From: a bacterium
GTDB taxonomy: Bacteria > UBA10199 > 2-02-FULL-50-16 > JAJFLM01
Assembly: GCA_965216315.1 (NCBI GenBank)
Contig: CBDCFN010000016.1
Coordinates: 840,733 to 904,732 of the forward strand
Length of the DNA stretch: 64,000 bases
Reading direction: 5' to 3'
Shown in pieces: positions 1-11,550 of the stretch (the first letter of the stretch is position 1; every line of letters begins with the position of its first letter). The position numbers and the translations under genes are program-made. A model generated the notes under the pieces. It saw only the letters and a program-made list of their open reading frames with translations. It was not told the DNA's origin and did no database searches.

Positions 1-81
1 CCGGAGCGATGTGCCGAGTCCTTATTGAATAATGAGGATGGGCGTCCCTTGTTCGAATCGATTGTAAAGACATGCACATGA
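1..81 (+). CDS. purQ: 3' end of phosphoribosylformylglycinamidine synthase subunit PurQ (partial)
   Basis: Frame 1 reads [26 protein letters not shown], matching the PurQ (H)PER...DG..LF.S C-terminus; its stop overlaps the purL ATG (ATGA at 78-81). Confidence 0.85.
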   Translation, partial: PERCAESLLNNEDGRPLFESIVKTCT

Positions 82-2294
82 CCTACGATCCACAAGTTAT
101 TGCCGACCATGGTCTGACGCCGGAAGAGTATGAGAAGATCTGCGATCACCTGGGGCGTGAGCCCAGTTATGTGGAGTTGGGGGTTTTTTCAGTCATGTGG
201 AGCGAACATTGTTCGTACAAGTCTTCGCGTATTCACCTGAAAAAACTGCCGACCAAGGGGCCTCAAGTTGTGTGTGGTCCCGGTGAAAACGCCGGCATTG
301 TGGATTTAGGAGATGGTCTTTGCGCGGCCTTTAAGATGGAGTCGCATAATCACCCTTCATTTATCGAACCTTATCAGGGCGCCGCGACGGGTGTCGGTGG
401 CATTATGCGCGATATCTTTACTATGGGCGCGCGGCCCATCGCGCTCCTCGATAGCTTGCGTTTCGGTGATATCAACCTGAGCAAGACAAAATCGTTGGTT
501 CATGGCGTTGTCGCCGGGATCGCCGGTTATGGGAACTGCATGGGTGTTCCGACCGTGGGCGGTGAGACGAGCTTTGATCCTTCTTACAATGGAAACAATT
601 TAGTAAATGCTTTTTGTGTAGGGATTCTGCGTAAGGAAAAGATTTTTAGGGCCAAGGCGGCGGGTATCGGGAATCCTATTATCTATGTGGGTGCGAAGAC
701 GGGTCGTGACGGCATCCACGGGGCGACCATGGCCTCGGCTGAGTTTGATGAGGGTTCCGAGGAAAAGCGGCCGACGGTTCAGGTGGGGGACCCCTTTACC
801 GAGAAGCGATTGTTGGAGGCCTGTCAGGAACTTATGGCCGGAGGGGATATTGTTGCGATTCAGGATATGGGAGCGGCGGGTTTGACCTGTTCCAGTCTTG
901 AGATGGCGGCAAGCGGCCGTGTCGGCGTCGAACTCGATTTGGATCAGGTTCCGTGCCGTGAAGACGAAATGACCGCTTACGAGATGATGCTCTCCGAGTC
1001 TCAAGAGCGTATGTTGATGGTGGCCAAGAAGGGGAGTGAAAAACGGGTTCAAGAAATCTTTGAAAAATGGGATTTAGATGCCGCCGTTGTCGGCAAGGTT
1101 GTTCGAGGAGACCAGGTTACCGTAAGGTATCAAGGAGAGGTCGTGGCACAACTACCGAGCCTTCCGATTACCGAGGAAGCCCCCATTTATAAGCGGCCGA
1201 CACGTGTTCCGAGTTATCTGAAGAAAGCACAGGAGTTGAATGAGGCGAGCATAAAAGAACCGAAACAACTCGTTAATGTACTAAAAGACTTGTTGTCCAG
1301 TCCGAATCTTTGTTCGAAAAAATGGATCTATCAGCAGTATGATCATATGGTGGGGACAGATACAGTTGTTTTGCCCGGATCCGATGCGGCCGTGTTGCGG
1401 TTGAAAGGCAGTGGAAAGAATGGGCGGCCTGATAAAGGGATTGCAATCTCGGTCGATTGTAATAGTCGCTACTGCTATCTTGATCCGCGACGTGGCGCGA
1501 TGCATGCGGTCGCGGAGGCGGCGCGTAATATTGTTTGTTCCGGTGGTAAGCCCTTGGCGGTTACCGACTGTCTTAATTTTGGTAATCCCGAGAATCCGGA
1601 AATTATGTGGCAGTTTCAAAGTGCCGTTGAGGGAATTCGCGATGCCTGTCGCATTCTCGATACGCCCGTCGTTTCTGGTAATGTCAGTTTGTATAACGAG
1701 ACCCAGGGACAGGCAGTGGATCCGACTCCCGGAATTGGAATGGTTGGTTTGCTCGACGATGTGAGTCGGCATTGTCGCCAGTTTTTTCAAGAGACGGGTG
1801 ACGTTATTTTGCTCCTCGGGTGGAATCAGCCCCAGCTAGGCGGCAGCGAGTATCTTTACACGATTCACGGTCAGAAAGCGGGCCGTCCACCGGCGCTCGA
1901 TTTAAAGCGGGAAAAACGGTTGCAAGGGCTTTGCCGGGAGCTTATTCGCCGGGGCTGGTTGCGCAGTGCCCATGATGTTTCGGATGGGGGGCTTGCGGTA
2001 GCGCTTGCCGAGGCCTGTATTGGTCAGGAAGGGCAGGCCATCGGGGCCAAGGTCCATATCCCCGGAGAAAAGCGCGCCGATATTGCACTGTTCGGAGAGT
2101 CGCCGTCCCGTATTCTCGTCAGCGTTTCGCAGGATTACTTGCGTCAAGTCTTGGAATTGACCCGCAAAGAGGCCTGCCCGGTCGACCGTCTTGGCACGGT
2201 GGGCGGAAAAGAGCTGCAAATTGACGATAAAATCAAGGTCGGTATTGACCTTATGGCTGAATGGTGGTGGCATAGCTTTGAAAGGATGACTTAA
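78..2294 (+). CDS. purL: Phosphoribosylformylglycinamidine synthase subunit PurL
   Basis: [33 protein letters not shown] motifs; start placed at the ATGA overlap with purQ. Confidence 0.98.
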   Translation: MTYDPQVIADHGLTPEEYEKICDHLGREPSYVELGVFSVMWSEHCSYKSSRIHLKKLPTKGPQVVCGPGENAGIVDLGDGLCAAFKMESHNHPSFIEPYQGAATGVGGIMRDIFTMGARPIALLDSLRFGDINLSKTKSLVHGVVAGIAGYGNCMGVPTVGGETSFDPSYNGNNLVNAFCVGILRKEKIFRAKAAGIGNPIIYVGAKTGRDGIHGATMASAEFDEGSEEKRPTVQVGDPFTEKRLLEACQELMAGGDIVAIQDMGAAGLTCSSLEMAASGRVGVELDLDQVPCREDEMTAYEMMLSESQERMLMVAKKGSEKRVQEIFEKWDLDAAVVGKVVRGDQVTVRYQGEVVAQLPSLPITEEAPIYKRPTRVPSYLKKAQELNEASIKEPKQLVNVLKDLLSSPNLCSKKWIYQQYDHMVGTDTVVLPGSDAAVLRLKGSGKNGRPDKGIAISVDCNSRYCYLDPRRGAMHAVAEAARNIVCSGGKPLAVTDCLNFGNPENPEIMWQFQSAVEGIRDACRILDTPVVSGNVSLYNETQGQAVDPTPGIGMVGLLDDVSRHCRQFFQETGDVILLLGWNQPQLGGSEYLYTIHGQKAGRPPALDLKREKRLQGLCRELIRRGWLRSAHDVSDGGLAVALAEACIGQEGQAIGAKVHIPGEKRADIALFGESPSRILVSVSQDYLRQVLELTRKEACPVDRLGTVGGKELQIDDKIKVGIDLMAEWWWHSFERMT

Positions 2295-2296
2295 CC

Positions 2297-3673
2297 ATGT
2301 GCGGTATTGTGGGTATTTACAATCATCCCGAAGCGAGCAATCGGACCTATCTCGCGCTCCACGCCCTCCAGCATCGGGGCCAGGAGAGCGCTGGCATTGT
2401 TTCTTCCACCGGTGAGCGTCTCTTTGCGCAGCGGCGTATGGGGCTGGTGGCCGACATTTTTACGGAAGCGGTACTTAAGCGTTTACCCGGTCCCCATGCC
2501 ATCGGTCATGTCCGTTATTCAACGACAGGTATGAGTGAATTGAAAAATGCACAGCCCTTTCGGGTTGAGTATGCACGTGGGGGTCTGGCCGTTGCGCACA
2601 ACGGTAATTTGGTCAACATCCAGAAAATACGTGGAGAGTTAGAGGCACATGGATCCATTTTTCAGTCGACAATGGATACCGAGGTTCTTGTTCATTTGAT
2701 TGCGACTTCGCGTAAGAACTCGTTGCCGGATCGTATTGTCGATGCATTAAAACAGGTTAAGGGGGCCTACTCGCTGGTCTTTTTGTCAGAGACTCGCATG
2801 ATAGCTGTAAGGGACCCGCATGGGTGGCGTCCGCTTGTTGTCGGTAAGCTGGGCGATGGCTATGTCGTTGCTTCCGAGACCTGTGCACTAGATCTCATTG
2901 AGGCTGACTTTATCCGTGAAGTCGAACCGGGCGAGATGTTGGTTTTCGACAAGGCGGGAATGCATTCAAGTAAGCCGTTTGAGCAGTTGAAGAAAAAAGC
3001 CATGTGCATCTTCGAGTTTATTTATTTTGCCAAGCCCGACAGCCATATTTTTGGCCGTGATGTTTATTCAATGAGAAAAGGGTTTGGCCACCAGTTGGCG
3101 CGCGAGCATCCGGTTGATGCCGATGTTGTTATTGCTGTTCCTGATTCGGGCCTGCCTGCGGCCATAGGGTATTCCGAAGAGTCCGGGATCCCATTTCAGA
3201 TGGGTTTGGTACGCAACCACTATGTTGGGCGTACCTTTATCGAGCCTAAACAGTCTATTCGGCACTTTGGTGTGAAGCTAAAACTCAATCCTGTCAAAGG
3301 TGTTCTGGAAGGTAAGCGAGTCGTTGTTGTTGATGATTCAATTGTGCGTGGTACGACATCGCGGAAGATTGTTGAAATGATACGCGGTGCGGGTGCCAAA
3401 GAAATCCATTTCCGTGTTTCAGCGCCTCCCACGGCTTGGCCCTGTTTCTATGGAATCGATACGCCGACACGTGAGGAATTGATGGCATCAGATCATTCCG
3501 TCGATTCGATTCGAGATTTTATCAGCGCCGACACGTTAGGGTATCTTTCTTCGCAAGGCCTTTATTGGTTTGAGAAGAATCCTGGTGAATGGTTTTGCGA
3601 TGCCTGCTTTACGGGGAATTATCCGGTCACCGTGGAAGACCAGGCCGTTCAACCTGTCAAGTTAGTCAAGTAA
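2297..3673 (+). CDS. purF: Amidophosphoribosyltransferase
   Basis: N-terminal [20 protein letters not shown] loop [12 protein letters not shown]-terminal CDACF. Confidence 0.98.
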   Translation: MCGIVGIYNHPEASNRTYLALHALQHRGQESAGIVSSTGERLFAQRRMGLVADIFTEAVLKRLPGPHAIGHVRYSTTGMSELKNAQPFRVEYARGGLAVAHNGNLVNIQKIRGELEAHGSIFQSTMDTEVLVHLIATSRKNSLPDRIVDALKQVKGAYSLVFLSETRMIAVRDPHGWRPLVVGKLGDGYVVASETCALDLIEADFIREVEPGEMLVFDKAGMHSSKPFEQLKKKAMCIFEFIYFAKPDSHIFGRDVYSMRKGFGHQLAREHPVDADVVIAVPDSGLPAAIGYSEESGIPFQMGLVRNHYVGRTFIEPKQSIRHFGVKLKLNPVKGVLEGKRVVVVDDSIVRGTTSRKIVEMIRGAGAKEIHFRVSAPPTAWPCFYGIDTPTREELMASDHSVDSIRDFISADTLGYLSSQGLYWFEKNPGEWFCDACFTGNYPVTVEDQAVQPVKLVK

Positions 3674-3750
3674 TAATCAATGATAACTACCGTAGCCCAA
3701 CCCATAGCGAGCAAAGCGAGCGAGAGGGGGAGGCTCCACGAGCCCCTATT

Positions 3751-5097
3751 ATGCTGTTTCGTTTAGGCGCTGCGTTTTCAACCCTTTCTCGCCGCTTCAT
3801 CCCTGAACCCTACGTTTTTGCTCTGTTCCTGACGCTGCTGGCTCTCGTGATGACGGTGCTGGGACAGTTTCAATTGGGGAAATCCTGGTCCGGGGTGGGA
3901 GAGTTGCTCGTCTTCTGGCAAAAGACCGGACTGTGGCAGTACCTCGAATTTGGTATGCAGATGGTGTTGGTCTTAGTGACGGGTCATGCTGTTGCCACCT
4001 CGCGTCCTGTTTTTAAGGTACTAAAAGGCATGGCCAATTGGCCACGCACGCCGACCAGTGCGATTATCATGACGGCGGCGCTGAGTATCTTGGCGGGCAT
4101 CGTTCACTGGGGCTTGGCGTTGATAGTAGGTGCTTATTTTGCGCGTGAAGTCGCTCATCGCTTTCAAGCGAGGGGTGAGTTGCTTCATTACCCCCTCTGT
4201 GGAGCCGCGGCCTATTTGGGTCTCATGATATGGCATGGCGGTTTGTCCGGTTCGGCGCCTCTCGTTATGAATACGCCGGGCCATTTTCTGTCCGATCAAG
4301 TTGCGCTCATTCCGATCACAACGACCGTCCTTTCTTCGATGAACCTCATCTTGTTGTTAGTGCTGTTGGTCGGTTTGCCTCTGGTTGTTGGAATGATGCA
4401 CCCGCGCCGTGCGGATCAAGTTGACATGTCGGCCGTTCCACCGTTGGAGCCTGAGATGGAGGCCGAGGAAAAGGGTTCTAGCTTGGCTCAGTGGTTGGAG
4501 CGAAGCAGTACGCTTTCTATGTTGGTTGCCATCATCGGGCTCGCGTCACTGTTTATCGCGGGGTGGGGGCGGTTTCGTTTATCGCTAAACTCGCTTAATT
4601 TTATTTTTTTGTTTCTAGGAATTATTTTACACCGCACACCGCGAAGTTATCTCAACTCCATTCAAGCAGGCGTGAAGTCAGCCAGCGGCATAATTATATT
4701 GTTTCCTTTTTATGCCGGTATTTATGGACTCTTGGCCTATGACGACATGATACGACAGTGGATTCAATGGGCCGTGACCAGCGCGAATGAGACAGTATTT
4801 ATCGTGGGGACGTTTCTGAGTGCCGGATTGTTGAATCTATTTGTACCGTCGGGTGGGGGGCAGTGGGGCATCCAAGGTCCGTTGGCAATTGCGGGGGCTG
4901 AGCAGCTGGGCATTCCTTTCTCCAAGATTACTATGGCCGTCGCCTATGGCGATGAATGGACGAATATGTTGCAGCCGTTTTGGGCTTTGCCTATCCTTCA
5001 GATTACTGGCTTGAAAGCCCGTGAAATAGTGGGATATACCTCGTTGATTATGTTGTTGTCACTGCCTGCGTATCTGTTGGTGTTAATTCTCTTTTGA
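3751..5097 (+). CDS. atoE: Short-chain fatty acid transporter (AtoE/TIGR00366 family)
   Basis: FGMQMVLVLVTGHA, WHGGLSGSAPL, NLFVPSGGGQW, YGDEWTNMLQPFWALP motifs; polytopic membrane protein; start moved to ATG 3751. Confidence 0.88.
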   Translation: MLFRLGAAFSTLSRRFIPEPYVFALFLTLLALVMTVLGQFQLGKSWSGVGELLVFWQKTGLWQYLEFGMQMVLVLVTGHAVATSRPVFKVLKGMANWPRTPTSAIIMTAALSILAGIVHWGLALIVGAYFAREVAHRFQARGELLHYPLCGAAAYLGLMIWHGGLSGSAPLVMNTPGHFLSDQVALIPITTTVLSSMNLILLLVLLVGLPLVVGMMHPRRADQVDMSAVPPLEPEMEAEEKGSSLAQWLERSSTLSMLVAIIGLASLFIAGWGRFRLSLNSLNFIFLFLGIILHRTPRSYLNSIQAGVKSASGIIILFPFYAGIYGLLAYDDMIRQWIQWAVTSANETVFIVGTFLSAGLLNLFVPSGGGQWGIQGPLAIAGAEQLGIPFSKITMAVAYGDEWTNMLQPFWALPILQITGLKAREIVGYTSLIMLLSLPAYLLVLILF

Positions 5098-5107
5098 GGA
5101 GTAAATT

Positions 5108-5356
5108 GTGTTTGGCTTAGGTTTTGGTGAAGTAACGATAATCCTGCTCGTGGCTCTGGTTTTTCTGGGTCCCAAGCGACTCCCTGATGTTGGTCGAAAA
5201 ATCGGTGAATTCTACCGCCAGTTTCGCGATGCTGCGGATACCGTTAAAGGAACGATTTCGGGTGAATTTGAAGAAACAACGGAAAAGGATTCCGCTGAAT
5301 CGTCGCAAGTGAATTCAGTGAGCAGAGATAAGGATAGCAGTGACCGAAGCGAATAA
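5108..5356 (+). CDS. Twin-arginine translocase TatA/TatB subunit
   Basis: MFGLGFGE...LVFLGPKRLP, directly upstream of tatC; GAGGAG RBS. Confidence 0.9.
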   Translation: MFGLGFGEVTIILLVALVFLGPKRLPDVGRKIGEFYRQFRDAADTVKGTISGEFEETTEKDSAESSQVNSVSRDKDSSDRSE

Positions 5357-6065
5357 AATGCCCTTGATGCAGCACCTGGAGGAGTTGCGTACGCGTATTT
5401 TGCGCATTATGGCGGCCATGGCGGCAGGGTGTGTCATTGGCCTGATTTTCTCCAAAAAAATCTATCATTGGCTGGCGGCGCCGATGCAGCAAATCCTCGG
5501 TGAGCAGGCTCATTTTATTGCCACGAGTCCGTTGGAAGCCTTCATGACTTATATGCGGACCGGCTTTGTTGCAGGCCTGTTTCTTGCCGTGCCGGTAATT
5601 TTTTTCCAGTTTTGGCAGTTTATCGCCCCTGGGCTGCATAAAGGCGAGCAAAAGGGCACGATGTTGTTCGTCACCATGACTACCTTCTTTTTTATAGGGG
5701 GGGCATTATTTGGTTACTTCATTGTGTTTCCCACAAGCTTTCATTTTTTTGCCGCATTGCTGTCTGATACCGGCATTCAATTGCTTCCTAAAATGAATGA
5801 ATATTTCGGATTTGCCGTCCGGCTTCTCCTGGCGTTCGGTCTCGTTTTTGAGCTGCCCGTCTTGATATTGATGTTGGCGCGGCTGGGAATTGTCAGCTCA
5901 GCCATGTTGAAAAAAGCGCGGCCCTATACAATCGTAGCCGTGTTTATTGTGGCGGGCTTGATGACAGGCCCTGATATTGCCTCACAGTTTTTAATGGCGA
6001 TTCCGCTCTTGATCCTTTTTGAAGTAGGGATCATACTAGCACGGTTGTTTGGCAAAAAGGGGTAA
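5340..6065 (+). CDS. tatC: Twin-arginine translocase TatC
   Basis: MPLMQHLEELRTR, WQFIAPGL, FGLVFELP motifs. Confidence 0.96.
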   Translation: MTEANKMPLMQHLEELRTRILRIMAAMAAGCVIGLIFSKKIYHWLAAPMQQILGEQAHFIATSPLEAFMTYMRTGFVAGLFLAVPVIFFQFWQFIAPGLHKGEQKGTMLFVTMTTFFFIGGALFGYFIVFPTSFHFFAALLSDTGIQLLPKMNEYFGFAVRLLLAFGLVFELPVLILMLARLGIVSSAMLKKARPYTIVAVFIVAGLMTGPDIASQFLMAIPLLILFEVGIILARLFGKKG

Positions 6066-6143
6066 GGAAAGGCTTGGTAGGATCGATATAGCTGTGGTAG
6101 TATTTGGTTCATTTTTTCAATAAGCACAAATGGGGGTATTCCA

Positions 6144-6887
6144 ATGAAGTTTCGAAAGAATCAGGTTAATAAGCTTATCTTCGCGATGATCATGGCAAGT
6201 TTTCTACCGGCTGCAGGTTGCACGGGGGGCATGTCGGATGAGGCGATTAAAGCCTATCTCGAGAAAAATCCCGAAATCATTAAGGCCCAGGTTGAGGCCG
6301 TTCTTAACGAGAAAGGGATTCGGGGTCGGCCCAAGCCGAAATCGATCGACGAATTGATGAAATCCCGCATTAAGGTGGGGTTGAACAATGCCCCGATCAA
6401 AGGGGCCAAAGATGCCCCGATCACGATTGTCGAATTTTCCGACTTTCAATGTCCTTTTTGTAAGCGCGTCAATCCTACCATGGATCAGTTGCTGAAAGAC
6501 TACGAGGGTAAAGTTCGCGTCGCGTTTCGTCAGCATCCTTTAAGTTTCCATAAGCAGGCCATGCCGGCAGCGAAGGCGTCTTTGGCGGCCCATGAGCAGG
6601 GGAAATTTTGGGAAATGCACGACGAGTTATTCGAAATTCAGCGGCAGCTGACGGATGAGAATATTCTCAAGGCGGCTAAAAAAATTGGCCTGGATATTAA
6701 AAAATTCGAAAAAGACTGGAAGTCGAATAAATATGATGCCCAGATTCAGGAGGACATCAAATTTGCACGTTCCAATGGGGCAACCGGGACGCCGGCTTTC
6801 TTTGTCAATGGTGTTTACGTTAAGGGCGCGAAGCAAGCCCCTTATTTTAAGCGCTTGATCGATAAATTATTGGCAGAAAATAAGTAG
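6144..6887 (+). CDS. DsbA-family thioredoxin-fold disulfide oxidoreductase (probable lipoprotein)
   Basis: EFSDFQCPFC, RQHPL, GTPAFFVNG; signal peptide with AAGC lipobox. Confidence 0.9.
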   Translation: MKFRKNQVNKLIFAMIMASFLPAAGCTGGMSDEAIKAYLEKNPEIIKAQVEAVLNEKGIRGRPKPKSIDELMKSRIKVGLNNAPIKGAKDAPITIVEFSDFQCPFCKRVNPTMDQLLKDYEGKVRVAFRQHPLSFHKQAMPAAKASLAAHEQGKFWEMHDELFEIQRQLTDENILKAAKKIGLDIKKFEKDWKSNKYDAQIQEDIKFARSNGATGTPAFFVNGVYVKGAKQAPYFKRLIDKLLAENK

Positions 6888-6890
6888 GCT

Positions 6891-7403
6891 TTACTCAATG
6901 ACGATGAGGGTCTGGCCGTCTTCGACGGCCTGACCTTCTTCGCATTGGATCTCTTTGACCGTTCCGGCAACTTCCGCGTTTAATTCATTTTCCATTTTCA
7001 TGGCCTCGACAATCACAACCCCTTGGCCGGGTTCGACTTTGTCTCCTACCGCCACCTCGATTTTGACGACACGGCCCGGCATGGGACTGGAAACGACTTG
7101 GGCCCCCTCCACGAGGCCTCCGGCAGCGGCGCCCGACCGTTTGCGCCGTGGATCATAGACATCGATGTCCCAGGTGGCGCCACGCAAAGTGACGCGCAAT
7201 TTGTTGTTTTTTAGGGGCTGAATCGTGGCTTCATATGACTCGCCACCGATAATCAATGACCAGACGTCCGGTTCGACACGTTGTGAGTCGACAGTGAACG
7301 TCTTGTCGCCAAGCCGGATTGTATTGAGTCCCGCCTCATCTGTTTCCAGCTCAATCGTTTTGGTGTCGCCGCCAAAGAGGGCCTCGAGTTTTTTCTTAGT
7401 CAC
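6891..7403 (-). CDS. Biotin carboxyl carrier protein
   Basis: SPMPGRVV...EAMKMENE biotinylation motif; GTG start at 7403 overlaps the end of the biotin carboxylase gene. Confidence 0.92.
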   Translation of the reverse strand: MTKKKLEALFGGDTKTIELETDEAGLNTIRLGDKTFTVDSQRVEPDVWSLIIGGESYEATIQPLKNNKLRVTLRGATWDIDVYDPRRKRSGAAAGGLVEGAQVVSSPMPGRVVKIEVAVGDKVEPGQGVVIVEAMKMENELNAEVAGTVKEIQCEEGQAVEDGQTLIVIE

Positions 7404-8901
7404 TGTGAGTGGCCTCCCGACGCGCAGCAATTTTCCAGGGTGAGATAGCCGGGCCCGCCGCTTCGCGATCATCGGAGTCTTGGGGACCCAGCTCATCAAA
7501 GGCGAGGGAGGCTGCGATGATCGCAACTTCTTCGAGCTCTGTAGGGTGTCCGGCCTGATACCATTCACCCATTGTGCCGATAAAGCCGGTGTCAAACTTG
7601 CCTTCGCAAAAATCTTTATTGTTGAGAACTTCTTGGTGGAAGAGGATATTATGTTTGACGCCATCAATTCGATACTCGCGGAGTGCACGTCGCATTCTCT
7701 CAATCATTTCTCGGCGGGTTCGACCCCAAACGATGAGTTTGGCTATCATTGGATCGTAGTAAATGCTGATTTCACTTCCGGGGAATACCGCCGAATCAAT
7801 GCGAATTCCAGGCCCCTCCGGATTGCGCACGGCTTCAATGGTTCCGGGCGATGGCATGAAGTTATTCTCGGCATCTTCAGCGTAGATCCGACATTCGAGG
7901 GCATGGCCGCGCAGTTGGATCTCATCTTGTTTGTAGCGTAAAGGTTCTCCTGCGGCGATGTGAAGCTGCTCTTTGACCAAGTCGAGACCGGTAACGAGTT
8001 CAGTGACGGGATGTTCCACTTGGAGGCGCGCATTCATTTCGAGAAAATAATAGTTTTGATCTCTATCGACGAGAAACTCCAGTGTCCCCGCGCCCGCATA
8101 ACCGACTTCTTTGGTGAGGTTGACGGCCGCTTCGAGGAGTTTTTGTCGAGTGTTATCAGAGATGAACGGGGAAGGCGATTCTTCTAAAACTTTTTGATGA
8201 CGTCGTTGAATAGAGCAGTCACGTTCTCCCAACGCAATAACATTACCGTGGGTATCACCAAGGATCTGAATTTCAATATGATGGGGCTCAACGACAAATT
8301 TCTCAATAAAGACCGCATCATCGCCGAACGAGGACTTGGCTTCGGACTGTGTCATTTGAAAGGCCGATTCGATTTCTTCGGCGCTCTCGACCCGACGCAT
8401 GCCTTTGCCCCCGCCGCCGGCGCTGGCTTTAAGCATAACCGGGTACCCAATTTTGTCGGCAACCTCTTTGGCCTCGGGGGCGTCTTTGAGGGGGCGCTCA
8501 ATACCTGGTACGGTTGGAACCCCGGCGCGATCCGCTAATTTGCGTGCTGAGATCTTGTCTCCGAGTGATTTCATTGCTTTGGACGTGGGACCGATGAAGA
8601 CAATGCCGGCTTTTTTGCAGGCGTCACTGAAGGCGGCATTCTCAGAGAGGAAACCATAACCGGGATGAATCGCCTCTGCTTCAGTTTGCTTGGCGACTTC
8701 GAGTATCTTATCCATAACCAGATAGCTCTCATTCGCCGGTGCGGGACCGATGAGATAGGCCTCATCGGCCATGCGCACGTGGAGACCATCGCGGTCGGCC
8801 TCGGAATAGACGGCAACCGTCTTGATGCCACGTTCGCGACAGGTGCGGATGACGCGGATGGCAATTTCACCGCGGTTGGCTATGAGAATTTTTTTAAACA
8901 T
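7396..8901 (-). CDS. accC: Acyl-CoA carboxylase biotin carboxylase subunit
   Basis: [43 protein letters not shown]. Confidence 0.95.
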   Translation of the reverse strand: MFKKILIANRGEIAIRVIRTCRERGIKTVAVYSEADRDGLHVRMADEAYLIGPAPANESYLVMDKILEVAKQTEAEAIHPGYGFLSENAAFSDACKKAGIVFIGPTSKAMKSLGDKISARKLADRAGVPTVPGIERPLKDAPEAKEVADKIGYPVMLKASAGGGGKGMRRVESAEEIESAFQMTQSEAKSSFGDDAVFIEKFVVEPHHIEIQILGDTHGNVIALGERDCSIQRRHQKVLEESPSPFISDNTRQKLLEAAVNLTKEVGYAGAGTLEFLVDRDQNYYFLEMNARLQVEHPVTELVTGLDLVKEQLHIAAGEPLRYKQDEIQLRGHALECRIYAEDAENNFMPSPGTIEAVRNPEGPGIRIDSAVFPGSEISIYYDPMIAKLIVWGRTRREMIERMRRALREYRIDGVKHNILFHQEVLNNKDFCEGKFDTGFIGTMGEWYQAGHPTELEEVAIIAASLAFDELGPQDSDDREAAGPAISPWKIAARREATHSD

Positions 8902-10451
8902 TATAGTGGAATATTGCCGTGCTTCTTCGGTGGATTCTTATCCCGCTTGTTTTCTAGCATCTCGAGAGCATTAATGACCCGCGGCCGTGTTTCCGCCGGA
9001 CGGATCACTTCATCGATATAACCAAGCTCCGCTGCCTTGTAAGGATTGGCAAAGGTATCACGGTAATTTTGTACGAGCTCTGTTCTCTTACTATCCGCAT
9101 CATCGGCATTGGCCAGTTCTTTCCGAAAGATAATGTTAACGGCGCCGTCGGGGCCCATCACTGCGATTTCGGCTGTCGGATAGGCGAAATTGACGTCGCC
9201 GCGGATATGCTTGGAACTCATGACGTCATAGGCGCCCCCGTAAGCCTTGCGGGTAATAACCGTGACTTTGGGGACCGTGGCCTCGCAGAAGGCGTAGAGC
9301 AGTTTGGCTCCATGGCGGATAATGCCACCCCATTCTTGGTCCGTGCCCGGCAAGAAACCGGGAACATCGACAAAGGTGACGATGGGGATGTTAAAGGAGT
9401 CGCAAAAGCGGACAAATCGAGCGCCTTTTACCGAGGCGTTAATATCGAGGCAGCCGGCCAGGACACTGGGCTGGTTGGCGACGATGCCTACCGTGCGTCC
9501 GTCCATGCGCGCAAAGGCAATAATCATATTTTTGGCATAGTGCTCGTGGACCTCAAAGAAGGAGTCGGTATCGATGACGGCTTGGATGACTTTTTTCATG
9601 TCATAAGGTTTATTGGGATTGTCTGGAATGAGTTTGTCCAAGGACTCATCCATGCGATCCGCTTTATCCGTCGTCGGCAACTTGGGTGGGTCTTCCAGAT
9701 TATTGGAAGGGAGGTAGCTGATTAGCTCGCGGAGACGATGGAGGCAATCTTCATCGTTTTCGGCGGCAAAGTGAGCGACGCCGGAGGTGGCGTTGTGAGT
9801 CATGGCACCGCCTAAGTCTTCCTTGTTAACATCCTCATGAGTGACGGTTTTGATGACTTCGGGGCCCGTAATAAACATGTGAGACGTGCCTTTCACCATC
9901 ATAATAAAATCTGTCATGATTGGTGAGTAGACAGCGCCGCCAGCACATGGTCCCATAATCGCTGAGATCTGCGGAATAACCCCCGATGACATGACGTTGC
10001 GTTGAAAGATATCGGCATAACCGGCGAGGCTGACGACACCTTCTTGAATGCGCGCGCCACCAGAGTCATTGAGCCCAATAACGGGGGCGCCGACTTTCAT
10101 GGCATGGTCCATCACCTTGCAGATTTTTTCAGCAAAGGCCTGGCCCAGAGAGCCGCCAAAGACCGTGAAGTCCTGGGCGAAAACAAAGACGAGCCGACCG
10201 TCTATCTTGCCATAACCCGTGACGACGCCATCGCCGTAGACCTTTTTCTTGTCGACCCCAAAATCAGTGCAGCGGTGGGTGACAAAACGATCGGTTTCGA
10301 CGAAGCTCCCCGGGTCGAGGAGGAGATCGATGCGCTCACGGGCAGTTAATTTGCCCGCGGCGTGGTGCTTTTCGACGCGCTCGGGCCCGCCCGCTTGCGC
10401 GGCCAGTTCGGTTTTCTCTTGTAATTCCTTTAGCTTAGCTTCTAAACTCAT
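8901..10451 (-). CDS. pccB: Acyl-CoA (propionyl-CoA type) carboxylase carboxyltransferase subunit
   Basis: [30 protein letters not shown]-terminal KKHGNIPL. Confidence 0.93.
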   Translation of the reverse strand: MSLEAKLKELQEKTELAAQAGGPERVEKHHAAGKLTARERIDLLLDPGSFVETDRFVTHRCTDFGVDKKKVYGDGVVTGYGKIDGRLVFVFAQDFTVFGGSLGQAFAEKICKVMDHAMKVGAPVIGLNDSGGARIQEGVVSLAGYADIFQRNVMSSGVIPQISAIMGPCAGGAVYSPIMTDFIMMVKGTSHMFITGPEVIKTVTHEDVNKEDLGGAMTHNATSGVAHFAAENDEDCLHRLRELISYLPSNNLEDPPKLPTTDKADRMDESLDKLIPDNPNKPYDMKKVIQAVIDTDSFFEVHEHYAKNMIIAFARMDGRTVGIVANQPSVLAGCLDINASVKGARFVRFCDSFNIPIVTFVDVPGFLPGTDQEWGGIIRHGAKLLYAFCEATVPKVTVITRKAYGGAYDVMSSKHIRGDVNFAYPTAEIAVMGPDGAVNIIFRKELANADDADSKRTELVQNYRDTFANPYKAAELGYIDEVIRPAETRPRVINALEMLENKRDKNPPKKHGNIPL

Positions 10452-10540
10452 GGGTAATCTCTTGAAATTATTGCGCTTTTTCTAAATATCCTGACGCAGA
10501 ATGTCAATAAAAATTCCGGCGGGTCTCCAGCCCGCTTTAG

Positions 10541-10565
10541 CAACTCTGGGCGATCCCCGTCGATA
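10541..10565 (+). promoter_or_regulatory. Putative sigma-28-like promoter CAAC-N15-TCGATA
   Basis: Recurrent bipartite motif with fixed spacing; -10 resembles the sigma-28 GCCGATAA box. Confidence 0.65.
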
Positions 10566-10580
10566 GAAATGCATCGGGTC

Positions 10581-11462
10581 ATGGTGCTACTCAACCTCCA
10601 TTCAGTGAAATTTGCTCAGGCCGCGGTGCTTGCGGGCAGTTCGGCCGCGCTGACACTTACCCAGGTCATGCACAATATCAATACGCGCCTCGGGCACATC
10701 GAGCGGACCCTGGCCACGGAGCCGAATGTCCTGGCCGTAAAGGGGATCCAGGAGGTGGTTGATAAGCACATGAGCTTTATCGCGGGGTTTGACCGCCAGC
10801 CCATCCATGTAGATGGTGAGATCGAACAAGATATTCGCGTCGATTTAGGCCGTTGGATTGACGGGATGATCCAGTTTAACGAATATTTTAAAGTGCAAGG
10901 TGATCTTGAAAGGGCGCGGTATGATTTCAGTATTATGCGCAAGCCTTTCGATGAGCTCCAAGTCCGTTTGCGCGATGCGGATTTTTCGGACGCGATAGTC
11001 ATAGAAGATGATGACATTGTTGAGGTCGATTCGTCCGAGCATGATATTTATATTTATGAAGAAGGCGATGAGGCGGACTTACATCGGGTTGCGGCGGGTC
11101 GGCGCCATCATCGGGCCGCACGTGCGCGTTATCTTTTTCCGCAAGAAGTGATTGATTTGCGTCAGTATAAAGATCGGGTGACCGTGGAGTATTTAATTGA
11201 AAAAATAATTAATCCACGGTTGGCGCTATTGTCAGAGGGGACGCATTTTATCATTGATGTTGAAGTCGATCGGCAGACACTGCAAAATATGGCGTGGGCC
11301 CTTTGGCAGCGCTATAAATTGTCGGCAACGGCGTTTGAAGATAAGGCACTTATTTTAAGACTTTCCTCACAAGGTCAGCAATGTCGCATCTATATTGACT
11401 CGACAAGTTCGCGTGGCAACTACCTGACGATGACACCAGAGGCCATTCCGATCCCGGAATAG
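10581..11462 (+). CDS. Orphan hypothetical protein, no signal peptide, with acidic linker
   Basis: ~293-aa ORF filling the intergenic space; ATG 10569 lies too close to the putative -10, so ATG 10581 is preferred. Confidence 0.75.
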   Translation: MVLLNLHSVKFAQAAVLAGSSAALTLTQVMHNINTRLGHIERTLATEPNVLAVKGIQEVVDKHMSFIAGFDRQPIHVDGEIEQDIRVDLGRWIDGMIQFNEYFKVQGDLERARYDFSIMRKPFDELQVRLRDADFSDAIVIEDDDIVEVDSSEHDIYIYEEGDEADLHRVAAGRRHHRAARARYLFPQEVIDLRQYKDRVTVEYLIEKIINPRLALLSEGTHFIIDVEVDRQTLQNMAWALWQRYKLSATAFEDKALILRLSSQGQQCRIYIDSTSSRGNYLTMTPEAIPIPE

Positions 11463-11507
11463 GGCTTTTCTTGCGAAATTTCGATAATTGACGCGGCGTT
11501 CAGGTCA

Positions 11508-11532
11508 CAACGGGAGCGAATCTTATCCGATA
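11508..11532 (+). promoter_or_regulatory. Putative sigma-28-like promoter CAAC-N15-CCGATA
   Basis: Exact motif, followed by AGGAGG RBS and GTG at 11551. Confidence 0.7.
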
Positions 11533-11550
11533 AGGGCTTAGGAGGTGACT

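Noticed and set aside
6064-6089. Additional sigma-28-like motif before the dsbA-like gene (TAAG-N16-TCGATA)
   Set aside because: Both the -35 and the spacing deviate; not counted
7404-7703. N-terminal extension of the biotin carrier ORF; similar extensions at 3589, 33351, 35764, 37449, 49666 and 55340
   Set aside because: They overlap neighbouring genes or promoter regions; internal starts give family-typical proteins
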